Below, piece after piece: positions 39,028 to 48,958 of a DNA stretch of 64,000 nt (position 1 is its first letter; every line of letters starts with the position of its first letter). The position numbers were made by a program, and so were the translations under genes. The notes below the pieces were generated by a model. The model had not been told where the DNA came from and did not search any database. It saw nothing but the letters and a program-made list of their open reading frames with translations. Origin of the DNA: an archaeon (GTDB lineage Archaea > SpSt-1190 > DYHY01); the NCBI GenBank assembly GCA_037442745.1, contig JBBIPP010000005.1:24741-88740 (forward strand). Direction: 5' to 3'.

Positions 39028-39762
39028 ATGGCAACTAAAGGAACTGCGCAGGACAGATGGAAACGAAAGGACTGGTATACAGTCCTAGCTCCGGACTATT
39101 TCCACAATGTGGAGGTCGGAAAAATCCTCTCAACAGAGGCAAAAACCCTTCCTGGGAAGAGCATTGACACGACAGTCTATGACATGACGAACGACCCGAA
39201 AAAGGCGCACATGAAAATGCTCCTTGAGATAACTCACCTCGAGGGTAAAAAGGCGCACACAAAAATAAGGGACTTGGAGCTCGTCCGCGCGTTTGTTCGT
39301 AGCCTAGTCAGGAGACGGATTACAAAAATAGAATCCGTCGTGTCTGTTGAGACAAGGGACGCAATCAAGGTCAGGATAAAGGCTCTGACAATAACTGCCG
39401 CGAAATGCAGGTCAAGCCAGAAGGGGAAAATCAGAAGGGCAATGATGAAAGCGACCTTCGAACTCGGAAAAGCCAAGACTTTCGAGGAGCTCCTGATGGA
39501 CACTATTGGGGAAAAGCTTCAGAAAGTGATCAGGGAAGAGATAAACCTGATCTACCCTGTGCGGAACGTCGAAATCAGGCGGATACAGGTTATAAACCCG
39601 CCGATTTCAGTAGGCCGTCCGAAATCGAAGAAGGAAGGGGCGTCCTCTGAAAAAAAGCTCTCTCCTCAGGAGGAAGAGGAAGGAATCCGGGCAGACCAGT
39701 TCCCATCGGACGAGGAAAAAGAAGCTTCTTCTGAGGAAGAAACTGAACAAAAGGGAGAATAG
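39028..39762 (+). CDS. rps3ae: ribosomal protein S3Ae (eS1) with acidic C-terminal extension
   Basis: Conserved N-terminus GTAQDRWKRKDWYTVLAP; eukaryote/archaea-specific. Confidence 0.85.
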   Translation: MATKGTAQDRWKRKDWYTVLAPDYFHNVEVGKILSTEAKTLPGKSIDTTVYDMTNDPKKAHMKMLLEITHLEGKKAHTKIRDLELVRAFVRSLVRRRITKIESVVSVETRDAIKVRIKALTITAAKCRSSQKGKIRRAMMKATFELGKAKTFEELLMDTIGEKLQKVIREEINLIYPVRNVEIRRIQVINPPISVGRPKSKKEGASSEKKLSPQEEEEGIRADQFPSDEEKEASSEEETEQKGE

Positions 39763-39889
39763 TTAGTAGGGATTCCCGCCGCCGGTCTTTTGTTTTTGAG
39801 GGCGGCGGGCAATTTTCATTTTTTAGCAATTTCAAGGGATTTTCATGGAAGGTTCCAATGGTCTCTCCTGAACGCGGGAATACGAATAA

Positions 39890-40219
39890 TCAGCCAATTT
39901 CCTTCCCGAACCTCCGGGCAGTCTTCCGCATTATCTCGTCATCCGCCATGCGCAACTCTTCAGTGTTCCTGACTGCCTTCCAGTCGGCAAGCTCAGGGAC
40001 ATCTAAGATTTCATCCGGGACTTTCCTCATAATTGCCGAATATCTAGGGTTCGGCTCCCCTTTAAGGAGGAAAATCCCCTGCATCCATTCCACGTAGAAA
40101 TAGAGGACTCTGTCGTGGTTGGGGGTGCCTATGGACATTTTCTTTAGAGACAGTTCCTTGTCCTCTTTGCCTTCAATATATTTGCAGGATAGTCCGGTTT
40201 CCGGAGCAAGGGAATCCAA
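39890..40219 (-). CDS. hypothetical protein (TTG start)
   Basis: Protein-like ORF; the in-frame upstream region extends ~30 codons without an ATG. Confidence 0.3.
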   Translation of the reverse strand: MDSLAPETGLSCKYIEGKEDKELSLKKMSIGTPNHDRVLYFYVEWMQGIFLLKGEPNPRYSAIMRKVPDEILDVPELADWKAVRNTEELRMADDEIMRKTARRFGKEIG

Positions 40220-40753
40220 AGCCTCACTAGTCTTGTCCCTGAACTCTCCGAACTTTATTCCGGGAATAACTTGCTCGCGGGAATTGTCGACAGTCTTTTC
40301 ATGGCATTTCCCAATATGCTGAAAATGTATTGCTCCCCTCTAGCCAAAAATCGAGTCTGCGTATTTGGGCTCACGGAGATATTGGGAATGCTCTTCCCTT
40401 GGCAGTTCCTTGAAATTGACAACACGCCTTTCTGTAACCAAGAAGACATATCCAATTTGTTTCAGGCGAGCAATAGAAAATAGGTATGTTTTTATGTGTA
40501 TTTAGACATGTTTAAACATATTGAAACAGTATGCGAAAGATAGAGCTGAAGAAAAGCAATATTTTTCTCTAAGACGACATTGAAGAGATTTTTGAGGAAG
40601 TTGTCAAACCGATAGGAAGCTGGGCAATGATACTGGCAATGAAGAAATTCATTGGAAAAAATGTCTATATTTTTGTAAGAAAATAATAAGATTTACGAAG
40701 CCCTAACAGGCTTGGCTAGTCCAGTTGGCTAATTATGCGACACAGCTCTGAAC

Positions 40754-41317
40754 TCACTCCTTTCTCTTTTCAACCTCTTCTTTCTCCTTTAGGACTTTAT
40801 CGGAGAGAGTCTTTATGCTCTGTGCCAGATAAGCTGGCTTTTCAGGAAAATACAGAGGTTCAGAGAGTGTGTCAATACCTTCTCCGTCAAGATAGCGAAG
40901 AGTTGCGAATTCCCCAAAGAAGGGGATTTTGGTAATCTTCACTTCCTTGAACTTTTCTAATGGAACATACTTCACCTTCTTATCCTGAAGGGCGTGCTGT
41001 ACTATTATGTTTTTTTCAGTCAGAAAGACTTTTTCCTTTTGGAAGCGCTCTCCCGCGTTCTTGACTAGCTTCCAATAGAGGAGGACTATGGAAGTCGAGG
41101 AAGCAAGGAAAATGAGGATTGGGAATGTTGAAAAAATGTTTCTTCCAAAGGAAATTATTCCGGCAATTGAGAAAATCATGGCAAAGGAAAAAACCGCCTT
41201 TTCAATGTTTTGCTTTTTTCCGCTGTCAATTAGAAGGTAATAGCTTATTGCTCGCTCTGACTGGAGAAATTCTCCCCTGATTTTTTCCGCGCCTTCGAGG
41301 GAGAGTATCCCGGGCAT
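40754..41317 (-). CDS. membrane protein with bacterial PH-like domain (YdbT/DUF304-like)
   Basis: Two TM helices followed by a ~90 aa beta-rich domain, charged C-terminal tail. Confidence 0.4.
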   Translation of the reverse strand: MPGILSLEGAEKIRGEFLQSERAISYYLLIDSGKKQNIEKAVFSFAMIFSIAGIISFGRNIFSTFPILIFLASSTSIVLLYWKLVKNAGERFQKEKVFLTEKNIIVQHALQDKKVKYVPLEKFKEVKITKIPFFGEFATLRYLDGEGIDTLSEPLYFPEKPAYLAQSIKTLSDKVLKEKEEVEKRKE

Positions 41318-41324
41318 CTTTTCC

Positions 41325-41540
41325 CTATTCCTTGGATTTCTTCGAAATTGTTATTACCGCAACCCCTATCCACAAAAGCCCTCCGAACATTATCAGGAGA
41401 AGGGAGAGGACTAGTGCCAGAATTGAGTCAATGTTTGAGAAAGCGCCGAAACCGCCAGCTGCAATTCCTGAGGAAACAAGAACGCCCCCAAGAATGCAAA
41501 AAGAACCGAGAATCCAGTAGAATACGTTTCGAAAGTTCAT
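41325..41540 (-). CDS. small membrane protein (71 aa)
   Basis: Two hydrophobic helices; lysine-rich C-terminus. Confidence 0.3.
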   Translation of the reverse strand: MNFRNVFYWILGSFCILGGVLVSSGIAAGGFGAFSNIDSILALVLSLLLIMFGGLLWIGVAVITISKKSKE

Positions 41541-41984
41541 ATCAGATTAATTGACACAAGGACTATATTTTAACTCTTTTGAAGGAACCAAAAATGGGCC
41601 ATAATAGGAAACTGGAATTATTGAAAAAATAAAAATTGGCCGGGACTCCCGAGAAAGATTTGTCCCGAGCCGGTTTATTGACTATTTTGCTCCCTGTTTT
41701 TCAGGAACTTAGAGGTCCTGAGGCATTACTGTTTTTCTGCCGTTCGCGTCAGCCCTTTTGAGAGCTCCTGCGACCAATTCCTCTATTTTCTTGTCAATTG
41801 CGTCATAGGTGTCAGCAGACATTCTCATGTCCTTCTTCCTAACTACTTCCGCAACAGCCGATTTTACTACCATTGCCATTGGCTTTTTTTCACCTGTTTC
41901 ACCGGCTCTAGTGCCGGTATATAAGTATTTGGTTTTCCGGCTATTTAGGGCTTCTCGTGGGTTTTTAACGGATGATTGTGTTAC

Positions 41985-43070
41985 TTAGTAGAGTTCCTTT
42001 CGGATTTTTTTGGACAAGTTCTCGTTTCCTTTCGCCTTCACAAGAATGTCGTCCTCAAGCCTTACCCCGAACTTTCCCTTGAAATAGAGTCCCGGTTCAA
42101 CTGTCACAATCTGGTTTTCCAGAAGCCTTCGTTTTTCCCTTGAATAGAGGCCGGGCCCAACCTCGTGGACAAGGAATCCGAGGGAATGCCCGAGGGAATG
42201 GAGAATTGCCCTCTCCGGAAAATTCTTTTTCAGAAGTTCGACAGAACAGTTGTTTATTTCCGAGCCATTTCTCCCTGCTGAGACTTTTTTAATTGACTCT
42301 TCCTGGGCGAAATTGACTGCGGAATGTACTGCAACGAAGCTCTTCGAGGGATTTTTGCCAACCCATATTGTCCGGGTGATGTCGGCACAGGATTGGTTAA
42401 TTTTCGCCCCGAAATCAACAAGGAAAGGCTCCTCTTTCTTCACAATCCTCCCAGTCGGGACATGGTGCGGGTTCGCCGAGTTCGGGCCGGAGGCAACTAT
42501 TGTCTCAAACGCTTCCTCCCCCCCAAATTCAAGAAATTTTTTCCTGATGGTAAGTGCGATTTCCCGTTCAGAGAGCCCCGCGAATTTCCCGTCGAAGGAT
42601 TCTAGCGCGTGTCCGGTTATTGCTATTGCCTTCCGGTGGTCCTTCAGTTCCTTTTTCGACCGGACCGCCCGGAGTTCCTGCAGGCTTTCAGAGGAAACAA
42701 ATTTCCTTTTAGGAAGGGATTTCCTCAAGAAATCGAACTGGGATTTGGAAAGGTAATCGCATGAAGAATTGTCAGAAAAATTGAGAGCAACTGTCGAGCC
42801 TTCGGGAATCCTTCCTGCCAAGAGTTCTCCGCAAGCTTCCGTTACTGGAGGAAGGGGAATTTTCTCGAAATGGCCCGGCACCTGGGCAGCCTCCATCCCC
42901 CCGATAATGAAGAACGGCCGGCTTTTCCTCGAAAACCCGATTATGTGGAATCCAGATATTTTCTTTCCGGCGAAAGCCTCCGAGTTAGGGTCCTTTCCTT
43001 CGGACGAGACTGTGAGCCAATAGTCAACTTTGAGTTCGGAGAGCCGTCTTTTCACGAGCGAAGAATCCAT
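41985..43070 (-). CDS. M24-family Xaa-Pro aminopeptidase/dipeptidase
   Basis: Pita-bread fold motifs (DFGAKINQSCADITR, HSLGHSLGFLVHE); start moved to the internal ATG to avoid a 90-nt overlap with Taw1. Confidence 0.75.
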   Translation of the reverse strand: MDSSLVKRRLSELKVDYWLTVSSEGKDPNSEAFAGKKISGFHIIGFSRKSRPFFIIGGMEAAQVPGHFEKIPLPPVTEACGELLAGRIPEGSTVALNFSDNSSCDYLSKSQFDFLRKSLPKRKFVSSESLQELRAVRSKKELKDHRKAIAITGHALESFDGKFAGLSEREIALTIRKKFLEFGGEEAFETIVASGPNSANPHHVPTGRIVKKEEPFLVDFGAKINQSCADITRTIWVGKNPSKSFVAVHSAVNFAQEESIKKVSAGRNGSEINNCSVELLKKNFPERAILHSLGHSLGFLVHEVGPGLYSREKRRLLENQIVTVEPGLYFKGKFGVRLEDDILVKAKGNENLSKKIRKELY

Positions 43071-43101
43071 TTGGAAAGTTGGTTCTTCTTGTTTTATTAG
43101 C

Positions 43102-44079
43102 TTATTGGGGAAAGGCCTTTCTCTTGATAATCCGTCCGTTCTCAGACAGTCTGTCCTTGGAAAGCAAAACAACCCTTGATTCAGGGAATTCATCAGTAAT
43201 TAGATAGCCGGAATAGTCCGCGATTTTTCGGGCAAAATCCCGGATTTCCTCATGAGCCAGCATTTCGTTCTGCGTCAGCCGTCTCCTCGAGTATCCTACA
43301 TTGACATAGCTTTTGACTTCAACATAGTGGGGCTTTGCCAACTTTATCAGTGAGGCGTATTTCTCCGGGGAGGAAAAGTTCCTTCCGCGGACAAGGGTGA
43401 GGCGAAGCACCTTTCTTGTTCTCAGCTTCGGAAGGAGCCGGAGAGTTGAGAGCAATTTCTTCCACATACCCCGCTCAATTGGAACGCATGTCTTCTTGTA
43501 GCTGGTTTCGTCGGGCGCCGGAAGGGTAACATATAGCTGGGTTGGCAAGGGCGAGAGTTTCCGGAGAATTTCTGGCAGTGTCCCGTTAGTGACAAGAAAA
43601 GTCGTTGCCCCGAATTTTTTGTATCCGGAAATCAGTTTTCCCAGCTGGGGAAATGCGGTTGGTTCCCCGGAAAGGGAAATTGCCACCTGGTTTGGCCTGA
43701 TTGCCTCCTCGAACTTTTCCCTGGGAACGTTCGGGTTCCCCTTGAATCCGACAAGGAGCTTCTTCTGGGCCTCTATTGTCTCCGAAACAAGGACAGGGAT
43801 GTCTTCAGGCTCCCCTTTCATTGGCTTTCTTCCCATAGTTCTCGTGTCCCTCCAGCAGAAAATGCACCTGTGGTTGCAGGAGAAAATGTCTGGCGCCATC
43901 TGGAGGCACCGGTGGCTTGCAATTCCGTAGAACCTCTGCTTGTAGCATCCGCCCTTTCCTAGGAGCGCCTTCTTCGTATATGTGCATACCTTCACTCCAG
44001 CCCTCCGGCTTTTTCCGGAAATCCGGTATCCTGCGTTTTCCAGCCTGTTCTCGGTTTCAAGAGGGAATTCTTCTGCCAT
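43102..44079 (-). CDS. taw1: tRNA 4-demethylwyosine synthase (radical SAM, Taw1/TYW1)
   Basis: CNHRCIFCW radical SAM motif plus second Cys cluster; TYW1-family length. Confidence 0.8.
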   Translation of the reverse strand: MAEEFPLETENRLENAGYRISGKSRRAGVKVCTYTKKALLGKGGCYKQRFYGIASHRCLQMAPDIFSCNHRCIFCWRDTRTMGRKPMKGEPEDIPVLVSETIEAQKKLLVGFKGNPNVPREKFEEAIRPNQVAISLSGEPTAFPQLGKLISGYKKFGATTFLVTNGTLPEILRKLSPLPTQLYVTLPAPDETSYKKTCVPIERGMWKKLLSTLRLLPKLRTRKVLRLTLVRGRNFSSPEKYASLIKLAKPHYVEVKSYVNVGYSRRRLTQNEMLAHEEIRDFARKIADYSGYLITDEFPESRVVLLSKDRLSENGRIIKRKAFPQ

Positions 44080-44085
44080 TCCTCC

Positions 44086-44982
44086 TCAAACCTCTATTTT
44101 CTCAAGATCCCTTGCAGAAAACGAGTTCGGGAAAATTTTCCTTGCGGACGCTTCCTGGAGCGAGACATCAGTCACTCTTCTTGAGAAATGGACGAGAGCG
44201 AGTTTTTTCGCCCCGGCTTCCCTTGCGACCCTGGCAGCGTCAAGTGGGGTTGAGTGGAAATATTCCTCCGCCTTCTCCTGGTTGTCCTCAGGGAACGTCG
44301 CCTCGTGAATCAGAAGGTCCGAGTCTTTCGCCAAGTTGACGAGGTTCTGGCAGTATTTGGTATCCCCTCCATAGGTTATCTTTATTCCCTTCTCTGCAGT
44401 GAAATATTCGGGAAAAGGGCCTCCTTTCTTCGGCAGTGGGATTTTCGAATACTCTTTCGTTTTCCCCCTCAATTTCTCTGGGAGCTTATCTGGAACAAGA
44501 TGGAGCCGTTCATTTTCAACGAAGGAATAGCCAACGGAGGGCGTGTGATGGAAAGTTTTGCAGGAGAAGATTGAGTACTTCTCGCCCTTGAAAATCTCCA
44601 GTGGCCCCTTTGAGAGCTTTACCGGTATGAACTTGGTCGGAAACTTCGGCTTCCTGTCAGAAAGCCGGACAATTCTCTGGAGTTTTTCAGAAGCGGCCTT
44701 TGGGGAATAAATCTCAATCCTCGCTTTTCGCCCGTAGAGCTCGAGGGATGAGAGAAGGCCGGGGAGGCCGAGAAAATGGTCCGGATGGAAGTGTGTTATG
44801 AAAATCTGTTCTATTTTCATCGGGTTTATCCCAGCCTCTTGAATCCTGACCTGCGTCCCTTCCCCGCAGTCGAAGAGGATGTTCTCTCCCTCGAAAGAAA
44901 CGACAATTGCTGGGTGAGCCCTCTCTTTTGAGGGAACTGTTGAGCCGGTTCCAAGAAAAGAGACGGATACCCTTCCTGCCAT
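44086..44982 (-). CDS. rnz: ribonuclease Z (tRNA 3-prime endonuclease)
   Basis: HFHPDH metallo-beta-lactamase motif; short-form RNase Z length. Confidence 0.85.
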   Translation of the reverse strand: MAGRVSVSFLGTGSTVPSKERAHPAIVVSFEGENILFDCGEGTQVRIQEAGINPMKIEQIFITHFHPDHFLGLPGLLSSLELYGRKARIEIYSPKAASEKLQRIVRLSDRKPKFPTKFIPVKLSKGPLEIFKGEKYSIFSCKTFHHTPSVGYSFVENERLHLVPDKLPEKLRGKTKEYSKIPLPKKGGPFPEYFTAEKGIKITYGGDTKYCQNLVNLAKDSDLLIHEATFPEDNQEKAEEYFHSTPLDAARVAREAGAKKLALVHFSRRVTDVSLQEASARKIFPNSFSARDLEKIEV

Positions 44983-44988
44983 TTTCCC

Positions 44989-46284
44989 TTACAGCTCCCA
45001 AGACCTTTTCTTTGAAACGAATTGGAAAATGCGAGCCCGTTCGCATTCGGGCAAATCCGAATAGATTGACTGGAATGCTTTCTGGCTGTCAATTATCTCG
45101 AATGTCGGAAGGAACGTCCGCCCCATTGAGATTACCGCCTGCCTTGCCTCGAAAATTCTCCTAGTGTCCTTTGCATAGAGCCGGCCATTTTCCTGATAGA
45201 CCTTTTCAGCCCCGTGTTTTGCAACGAACGCCTCGATGTAGTCCCTCCTCACGTTCAGGGGCGGGCCTTCGAACAGTTTGGTTCTAGGGAGAATGGGCTT
45301 TTGAAAATCCAGTAGGAGAAGAGTGTCTCCAGTATTTGGATTGACTCCAAAAGCACTCCCAGTTATCTGGAACTCCAAGTCTGAGACATCCTTTTCAATC
45401 TGGCAGACGCTTTTTCTCGCCTTGGAATAAGTTGCATCCTCGTTCGCACTCTTCTCAACATAGGATATTCCTATAATACCCTTCCCAAGTTTCGGAAGGC
45501 TGGCTGGAACGCTCTTTGGAAAGAAGAAAGAGTCCGAAGGTTTCTTCAGGAAGGCTTTTGCCCCTTCCTTCAACAGTTCAATTGCTTCCTTTGAGACTGC
45601 GGAGGCAACGTTCCTCTCAGGGTCAATCGGGTCCGGGAACTCCATTGGGAAGGAGAGGCCCTCTGCCGCCCGGAGTATTCCCTCGAATTTCTCGTGCCGT
45701 ATTGCCAAAAGCTCGCAGAGATATCCGGAGAAACCCTGGTTCCTCGAGTCAGCCCCGTAAACCCCAATTCCCCTTGCGAAAGCCTTGAAGAGGCGCGCAG
45801 ATTCCCTGTTCTTGAGATTTGCATTTACATATTCGGCGTGGAGGGGTGTCCTGTCAACCGCGCTTCTCAACTCTTCGCCCTGTTTGAAGCAATATGCAGG
45901 AACAATGTCAAAATTGAGCCCTTTGAACTCGCATGTGAAGTATTCGTGGGATGCTAATTTCTTCTCGAATTTTTTCGGGGAGAGGGCCCTTGCGCAGGCT
46001 TCTGCGTCAACGAGACCTTCGACTTCCGCGGATTTTCCGTCTGAGACAATCAAGAACAAATCAACATCTCTTATTCCGGAAAGATAAGTGTCCTTTGCGA
46101 AAGAACCGCACACAATAGGTTCGGAATTCTTGCAGGCTTTGCGGCATATTTTGAGCGCAGCTTCGACAGCAAGCGAGGCTGATTTTCGTTCCTTGTCGGA
46201 CGGATTTATTCTCAGGGATATTCTCTCAACTGTTTTTTCAAATGAATTTTTCGGCAATTTTCTTTTTGGGGATTTCTCTGCCAT
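44989..46284 (-). CDS. cca: CCA-adding enzyme (archaeal class I tRNA nucleotidyltransferase)
   Basis: GSFAKDTYLSGIRDVDLFL nucleotidyltransferase motif; archaeal Cca architecture. Confidence 0.85.
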   Translation of the reverse strand: MAEKSPKRKLPKNSFEKTVERISLRINPSDKERKSASLAVEAALKICRKACKNSEPIVCGSFAKDTYLSGIRDVDLFLIVSDGKSAEVEGLVDAEACARALSPKKFEKKLASHEYFTCEFKGLNFDIVPAYCFKQGEELRSAVDRTPLHAEYVNANLKNRESARLFKAFARGIGVYGADSRNQGFSGYLCELLAIRHEKFEGILRAAEGLSFPMEFPDPIDPERNVASAVSKEAIELLKEGAKAFLKKPSDSFFFPKSVPASLPKLGKGIIGISYVEKSANEDATYSKARKSVCQIEKDVSDLEFQITGSAFGVNPNTGDTLLLLDFQKPILPRTKLFEGPPLNVRRDYIEAFVAKHGAEKVYQENGRLYAKDTRRIFEARQAVISMGRTFLPTFEIIDSQKAFQSIYSDLPECERARIFQFVSKKRSWEL

Positions 46285-46508
46285 TTTAGAGGGCTTTCTG
46301 GAGAGAGCCTTTTAATTCTTGGGCAAAATGAGATATGGTCTATTTTCAGGCAGTTGCAAAAATAAAGGCTGAAAAAAATACTTTTCTGAGCCATTAAAAA
46401 GAAAATCCGGGTAGGTGGCGAGGTCCCTTTTGGGGAATGTCAGTCGGAATTGCCGACAAATATCACCCGCCGCCCGGGATGAAGTTAGAATATCTACCTT
46501 CAATTTGG

Positions 46509-46769
46509 TTATAAAGCAGGGGAGAGGGCGGTTTTCCGGTATTCGGCGAGAACGGATATTATTTCGCCAAATATTGAGGTTCTACCGAAATCCGGTTCGT
46601 AAGCCGGGCCGATTTCTCCTGCGACAATTAAATTTCTGTCGCTGGCCCCTCTGAGGAGGGACTTCGTACTCGGAGATTCCGAGCCTCGCTTTTGGCTAAT
46701 CCTAGCTTGGCCGGTCTTTTTGCCTGAGGACAGCATATTTTCCGGATTGCTATTTTTTCTTCCCGACAT
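46509..46769 (-). CDS. hypothetical small protein
   Basis: Protein-like ORF overlapping the NUDIX remnant by 20 nt; uncertain. Confidence 0.2.
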   Translation of the reverse strand: MSGRKNSNPENMLSSGKKTGQARISQKRGSESPSTKSLLRGASDRNLIVAGEIGPAYEPDFGRTSIFGEIISVLAEYRKTALSPAL

Positions 46770-47205
46770 AAACTCCGGCAGTGCGCTTTTCTCTCTTGAT
46801 TGCTAGGGAAAGTTCCTTTTTCATGAATTCCGGGAAGAATTTTATTTTCGGCAAAGCGTTCAAAGAAACACATTCGAGGGAATAGTCCTCGAATTTTTTG
46901 CACGGATCGAAATCGTTCGTCAACATTCTTTCCGATGTTATTTTCCCTAGAAAAACTGGTTCAATCACGTGCTTCTTTTTCAAGGGAATGAAATCGCGGA
47001 GATATAGGAGGTTTCCGACATTTATTTCCTAGTTCGTTTCCTCAAGAATTTCCCGCTTCAATGCATTTTCAATTGTCTCGCCCAATTCAACCCGTCCTCC
47101 CGGAAGGCAGAAGAATTTGTCTTTCCTCCTTTTTATTAGGAGAATTTTTCCCCTGTCAATTATTACCGCGCTCACCCTGACATATGGTTCTTTTTGTTTT
47201 GGCAT
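46750..47205 (-). pseudogene. NUDIX hydrolase with in-frame TAG inside the Nudix box
   Basis: MPKQKEPYVRVSAVII..GGRVELGETIENALKREILEETN-TAG-EINVGNLLYL..HVIEPVFLGKI: the same frame continues through a TAG at 47029-47031. Confidence 0.45.
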
Positions 47206-47275
47206 TGCTTTCCCTGCTGGAAAACCGGCACTTAAATAGGTTTTTCCGGAAAAATCCGCAATGTGAAAAAGGCGG

Positions 47276-47930
47276 GTGGCTGCGCTCATGATTGGCGCTG
47301 ACGGGGTTCTCCTGAAAAAGGGCGCCCTCTTCAGCGAAGGGCTTTCTGTCCGCCAAAAAATCCCGAAAACGAAAATAAACGCATTCTTCAATGAGTTCAG
47401 GGACTTCCTCGTTGGGCGGGCGGATGTTTCGGAAAAAATCAAGAAATGTCTCAATTACTTGGACTGGAATGGTTCAGTTGAGTGGCTTCTTTCGTTCTGG
47501 CACGGGGAAATTGAGCCGGGCGCATCCCTTTTCAAATGGGCGCTCTCAGCCGGGAAAAGGAGTGTTTTGGTGTTTCTCGCAAAAAACAACGACAAAAGAA
47601 GGGCGGAATCTTTATCGAAAAGTCTGGGGCTTAAAGAAGTTCGATGGAGTCCTCTCGTCTGCATCTCTTTGGGCAATGAAGCCGGAAAGGGATTTTTGCA
47701 GGAAAGCCCTCGGCGTTCTCGGGGAGATTCGCCGGGGTATTTTGAAGAGCCAAATACTCCTTGTTGACGACGACCTGAAGAATGTCCTTGGCGCAATGGA
47801 GGTCGGGTTCTGGGAAATCCGCTACTCGAGCTTTTCAGACTTCTCAAAAACTCTCAAGAAAAAATCCCGGAACTCGTTACTTGATTTCAATCCCGAGGGG
47901 CGTTGCCTCGAACTCTATCCAGTCTGTTAG
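47276..47930 (+). pseudogene. HAD-superfamily hydrolase-like protein with apparent frameshift near 47700
   Basis: N-terminal IGADGVLL (degenerate motif I) and C-terminal ILLVDDDLKNVLGAMEVGF (motifs III/IV) lie in different frames. Confidence 0.3.
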
Positions 47931-48569
47931 GACTTTTCCCGTTGGTCTCCTCGGCACCCTGAAATAGTCCCGCCCCCCTTCGCTCTTGAACTCAATTGTG
48001 GCGTCAGTCAGATGCTCGAGAGTGGTTATTACCCGCTCGTCATGCATCCCCGCCTCTATTGAGAACAGCGTTGTTGCTCCCAATCCCTTCAGGCGGGCGC
48101 CCATTACCTGTATGAACCTGAACACAATGTCTGCGTTGTTGTAGAGGACAAGGGTTGAGAGGGAATGGAAAGACATTCGGGAGTTCGCCCCCGGTTTTGA
48201 AATCTCAGAGAGCGCTCTTGACACTGCAATTGATAGCTCGTTTAATGAAGAAGGTCCGGGAACTATGATATCTGAATTCCTTCCTTCTGGCATCTTCTGC
48301 TGGAGCGCCCAGGAATAGCAGTCAACGAATTTTGCCCTTGAGAGATCCATTCCGAAGGATAAAGCCCGCTTCTCAAGATCGGCAGGCGAATTGTCAGTCG
48401 TAACATATGCGCAAGGTTCGCCAATCTTTGTTCCATATGCCAGGAATTGGGAGAGGAACAGGTCTTTTTTCGAGGAAGGGGAGCCTATAACTAGGAAATT
48501 GGTTTTCTCGGAAAAGCCCCCATCAAGGAGCTCGTCAAATTTCCCTATCCCTATTTTCAAAAAGAGCAT
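47877..48569 (-). CDS. KaiC/RecA-superfamily ATPase-like protein (FlaH/KaiC-like single domain)
   Basis: FDELLDGGFSEKTNFLVIGSPSSKKDLF (P-loop-like, slightly degenerate) and RecA-like core; 230 aa. Confidence 0.55.
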   Translation of the reverse strand: MLFLKIGIGKFDELLDGGFSEKTNFLVIGSPSSKKDLFLSQFLAYGTKIGEPCAYVTTDNSPADLEKRALSFGMDLSRAKFVDCYSWALQQKMPEGRNSDIIVPGPSSLNELSIAVSRALSEISKPGANSRMSFHSLSTLVLYNNADIVFRFIQVMGARLKGLGATTLFSIEAGMHDERVITTLEHLTDATIEFKSEGGRDYFRVPRRPTGKVLTDWIEFEATPLGIEIK

Positions 48570-48581
48570 TTCTCTGTTAAT

Positions 48582-48956
48582 TCACCCCAATTTCAATGAT
48601 ATTTTCTCGCTCGCCCTGCCCATTTCGAGGAGCACTAGGCCAAGATTCCCTGTTGGTCTCACAAGGCAGACTAACAGAGCCTGGTTTCCGGCAGGAATTG
48701 CGATTAGTTTCCCCTTTTCTGATTCGACTATTATCTGCGGGAATTTCCCGAGATTAAGCTCTCCTGCGGAAGTCTCGGCAGTTCCGACAATTGCGGCTGA
48801 CATTGCTGCAATTGTCCGGGAGTCTATTTTCGTGGAAAGGGAGGAGGAAATCATTAGCCCGTCCTTTCGGGCAATTGCAGCCCCTTGGATGTCTCCGAAT
48901 TCCTGGAGGTGCGCAAGTACAGTTTCAAGCTCTTTCTGTTTCTCTTCCAGTCCCAT
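48582..48956 (-). CDS. roadblock/LC7 (MglB-like) domain protein
   Basis: IQGAAIARKDGLMISS ... AAMSAAIVGTAE ... LLVCLV..NLGLVLLEM, typical Roadblock fold signature. Confidence 0.65.
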   Translation of the reverse strand: MGLEEKQKELETVLAHLQEFGDIQGAAIARKDGLMISSSLSTKIDSRTIAAMSAAIVGTAETSAGELNLGKFPQIIVESEKGKLIAIPAGNQALLVCLVRPTGNLGLVLLEMGRASEKISLKLG

Positions 48957-48958
48957 TT

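Noticed and set aside
40700-40760. tRNA-like D-arm sequence (GGCTAGTCCAGTTGGCTAA)
   Set aside because: No T-arm (GTTCRANYC) or acceptor pairing follows, so it is not a tRNA.
47029-47031. Genome-wide amber (TAG) reassignment, for example to pyrrolysine
   Set aside because: Only one frame-preserving in-frame TAG was seen. Other TAGs terminate genes normally, and no pyl-like genes are in the window.
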